A DNA stretch of 64,000 nucleotides, from the IMG/VR virus record IMGVR_UViG_3300013947_000034, positions 1 through 64,000 of that record, one strand, 5' to 3'. Both the position numbers and the translations under genes were made by a program. Within the stretch, counting starts at the first letter, position 1. Every line of letters starts with the position of its first letter. Below, in pieces: positions 61,721 to 64,000 of the stretch. The notes beneath the pieces are model-generated. The model did no database searches. It saw nothing but the letters and a program-made list of their open reading frames with translations, and was not told where the DNA came from. Source of the stretch: a virus. Taxonomy: Duplodnaviria > Caudoviricetes.

Positions 61721-64000
61721 TTATTTGTCGTATCTATTCTTATTTGTTCTTGCTATCTTTAATTGATTAGCCATTTCTTCTCTCTTAACCTGACGGTCGG
61801 CAGCTTTATTATAACTATCCATAGCAAGTTTCTGACGTTCGAGTTGAATTTTAGCAGCTTCACTAGCACGTTTGCTTTCTTCTTGAATACGAGCTAACTG
61901 ACTCTTAGCATATTCGTCATTATCTGGATTTGTATCACCAAGCAAAGCAATATCACCTTTAGCATATTCAAGTTGTAAATCATACTGTGCTTTAAGCGCA
62001 AGAGTTTCACGGTCTTGTTCACCTTTTGCTGCAATCTCTTGAAGCTTCATTTGATTAGCTTGTTCTTGAATAGCTTGGTCCATTTGTTTCATTTGCTCTT
62101 CATGTTGTTGACGAATCTCAGTAAACTTACGAATACTATCAGATATAGCAGCAACATTATCACCTTGAATAGCAGCAAGAGCAGAATCTAAATCACCATT
62201 TTGTGCAGCACTAAATGCCCATTGTCTTAATTGTTGAAGCTTATCCATTTCTTTAGCATTGTTTCTAACTGTGGTTGAATAGTCAGAACCGACAAAGCTA
62301 TTAACATCAAGACTAATATAATGTTTCTTACCAGTTGTTTTATCTATGTAAGAAGTTTCAAGACCATCAATATAAGCAGACTTAGCAAAATCAATATCTC
62401 TATTGTAATCAGCGCAACGCATAAGGTCAAACATTTGGAATACTAAAACAGAACCAGTACTTGATTGAGCAATAGCGTTTTGAGTAGTAGAAGCTCCAGC
62501 AGATTGAGCTATTTGACCATAACGTTGAGCATTCATATCAACAAGTTCACGAGCTTCTTGTTTAATCATTTCTTTAAGATTACTAAGTTCAGTAATATAC
62601 TGACCCATATTAGCATTAAGTAATCTAAAGTTTTGAGCTTTAGTTCCAGCTGGGTCTTCACTATCATCAAAAGGAAGAACACCGTCAGCTGCCATCTTAT
62701 ATATAGCATCTTCAGGGTTATCACTAACAAGAGACTTTGGAACAAGCAATATAAGCATCTTGTTTTTTGCTATTACCATTTCTTGATGATAAGAAACTAT
62801 ATTACGAAATACTTGGAAAGGAGTAATAATTTGAATAATACTAAACTTACCCATATAAGGAACAAGTTCCATAATACCATTGTAAGGAAGTTTACCTTTA
62901 CGTTCATAAAGTATAGGTCTAGCTTTTACAGGATAAATACCATTAAAACGAGTGCCAATACGATAACCTTCATAAACTTGAGGTTTGTATTCCCATTCAA
63001 TACTAATATCTCCAGCTTCTTTATTAAGTTGATAATCTTCTTCAACTATGGTTTGCTCTTGAAAACCGACTTCATTTATACGAGTAAGAATACCAACTTT
63101 AGCAAAACCTTTCCAAACTACATGCCAAACTTCATAAAGAGTAGTATTATCTTCATAACTATTAAGTTTCTGAGACTTATAAAGTTTACGTTCTTCATCA
63201 GTAAACTTATCACAAACATCAGCATATTTTTCAAATAATTGATTCCAACCAAGTTGAACAGTCTTTGCACTACTACCAGGAACACGATTATAAAGGTCAT
63301 CAAGATAGGCTCTATCTTTATCTTCTAGATAATCATCAAAAGCATCAATAATTTGATTATAAGACATCATAATACGTCTAGCAAACATATCATGGTCTTC
63401 AACCATCATTTGATTATTTGGAATAGGAAAAGCTTCTGCAACTGGAACAGCTTCTTTAATAATCTTATCTCCACGAAGTTCAGTATAAGTATAACATTCC
63501 CCAAGAGCACAATAATTAAAGAAAGCAGTAAGATATATTTGAGCATCGTTAGTAAGGTCACGAATAAAGTTAAGTATATCTTGACCTTGCTTACTTTCTC
63601 TATCAATATAATTTTGATTAAACTTATTCATAAACTCTTCTGGGTCAGGCATCACATCTTGAGGATTAATACTATCGACTGATTGTCCTTGTCCTTGAGC
63701 TTGTTGAACAGCTTCTTGATACTTACGTTCAAACTCTTGTTGAAAAGCTTGCTGAGCAGCTTCCGTCACTTTCTCTTTAAGAGCAGCATTTCTATTAAAT
63801 ACAATATCAGGATTATTAGCTCCTACAACAAAGTCATGAATTCCTTTAAAATACTCTCCAATATACCTACGTACAATATCGGACATAATGTCATAATTAC
63901 GAAGTACAGCAGGAAATCGTTTATAACGCTCTTTAGTAGCATTATAAGGATTGATAGTTTTTCTATAAAACTCATTAGGTAATTCACCATGAAGAACACG
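61721..64000 (-). CDS. portal protein, 5'-truncated by the window edge
   Basis: The frame stays open beyond the listed ATG 63886 to base 64000 (…RFPAVLRNYDIMSDIVRRYIGE…); motifs YEVWHVVWKG, EGYRIG, KLPYNG and QRYGQI are typical of crAss portals. Confidence 0.88.
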   Translation of the reverse strand, partial: RVLHGELPNEFYRKTINPYNATKERYKRFPAVLRNYDIMSDIVRRYIGEYFKGIHDFVVGANNPDIVFNRNAALKEKVTEAAQQAFQQEFERKYQEAVQQAQGQGQSVDSINPQDVMPDPEEFMNKFNQNYIDRESKQGQDILNFIRDLTNDAQIYLTAFFNYCALGECYTYTELRGDKIIKEAVPVAEAFPIPNNQMMVEDHDMFARRIMMSYNQIIDAFDDYLEDKDRAYLDDLYNRVPGSSAKTVQLGWNQLFEKYADVCDKFTDEERKLYKSQKLNSYEDNTTLYEVWHVVWKGFAKVGILTRINEVGFQEQTIVEEDYQLNKEAGDISIEWEYKPQVYEGYRIGTRFNGIYPVKARPILYERKGKLPYNGIMELVPYMGKFSIIQIITPFQVFRNIVSYHQEMVIAKNKMLILLVPKSLVSDNPEDAIYKMAADGVLPFDDSEDPAGTKAQNFRLLNANMGQYITELSNLKEMIKQEARELVDMNAQRYGQIAQSAGASTTQNAIAQSSTGSVLVFQMFDLMRCADYNRDIDFAKSAYIDGLETSYIDKTTGKKHYISLDVNSFVGSDYSTTVRNNAKEMDKLQQLRQWAFSAAQNGDLDSALAAIQGDNVAAISDSIRKFTEIRQQHEEQMKQMDQAIQEQANQMKLQEIAAKGEQDRETLALKAQYDLQLEYAKGDIALLGDTNPDNDEYAKSQLARIQEESKRASEAAKIQLERQKLAMDSYNKAADRQVKREEMANQLKIARTNKNRYDK

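Noticed and set aside
62921-62935. Partial match CTTTTACAGG to the 20-bp motif in the portal gene
   Set aside because: It lacks the GGG/GGCGG part, so it was not counted as a copy.
6729-63982. Many 60-330 aa ORFs on the opposite strand or in alternative frames of large genes (e.g. 10885-11886, 7675-8463, 55511-56293)
   Set aside because: They are S/I/F/K-rich shadow ORFs caused by the strong codon bias of the real - strand genes, with no protein-like motifs.
1-64000. Stop-codon reassignment (TAG->Gln or TGA->Trp), known in some crAss-like phages
   Set aside because: Very long ORFs are intact in the standard code, both TGA and TAG are used as real stops (e.g. 3159, 5204, 39061, 20027), and the tRNA-Gln has a normal TTG anticodon.
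1-64000. CRISPR array formed by the 20-bp repeats
   Set aside because: Copies are kilobases apart, in both orientations and often inside genes; there is no regular repeat-spacer periodicity.

Overview
64 kb of an AT-rich Crassvirales (crAss-like) phage genome in the standard genetic code; the host is probably Bacteroidota, given several TAnnTTTG promoter boxes. Bases 1-5.2 kb on the + strand hold the end of the replication/nucleotide-metabolism block (ThyX, Gp157-like, DUF932, RepL-like wHTH, dUTPase, thioredoxin-like). Two convergent terminators and a tRNA-Gln(UUG) follow. The rest is the - strand virion block. In transcription order (right to left) it encodes: portal (partial), scaffold-like protein, major capsid, head/ring proteins, a small-gene cassette with a DnaA-C-type HTH, a holin-like protein, head fibre, an S74-chaperoned tail fibre with an AT-rich receptor-binding module, ring/IHF-like/muzzle proteins, ejection proteins, a 2364-aa zincin-bearing protein, and a 4611-aa virion RNA polymerase (DFDID motif). 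The main unexplained signal is a GC-rich 20-bp motif (ATACCTTYTAYMGGGCGGCT, invariant core CTTYTAYMGGG). I found 20 copies, 10 per strand, spread through the window, including three closely spaced inverted pairs and copies inside genes in three different reading frames. A second, more degenerate ~55-bp element (core GATARRTTATTCAC) recurs in intergenic and coding DNA and abuts the 20-mer at 61.55 kb. Two virion-delivered proteins carry compositionally foreign in-frame inserts (ART-like and GNAT-like, by inference).
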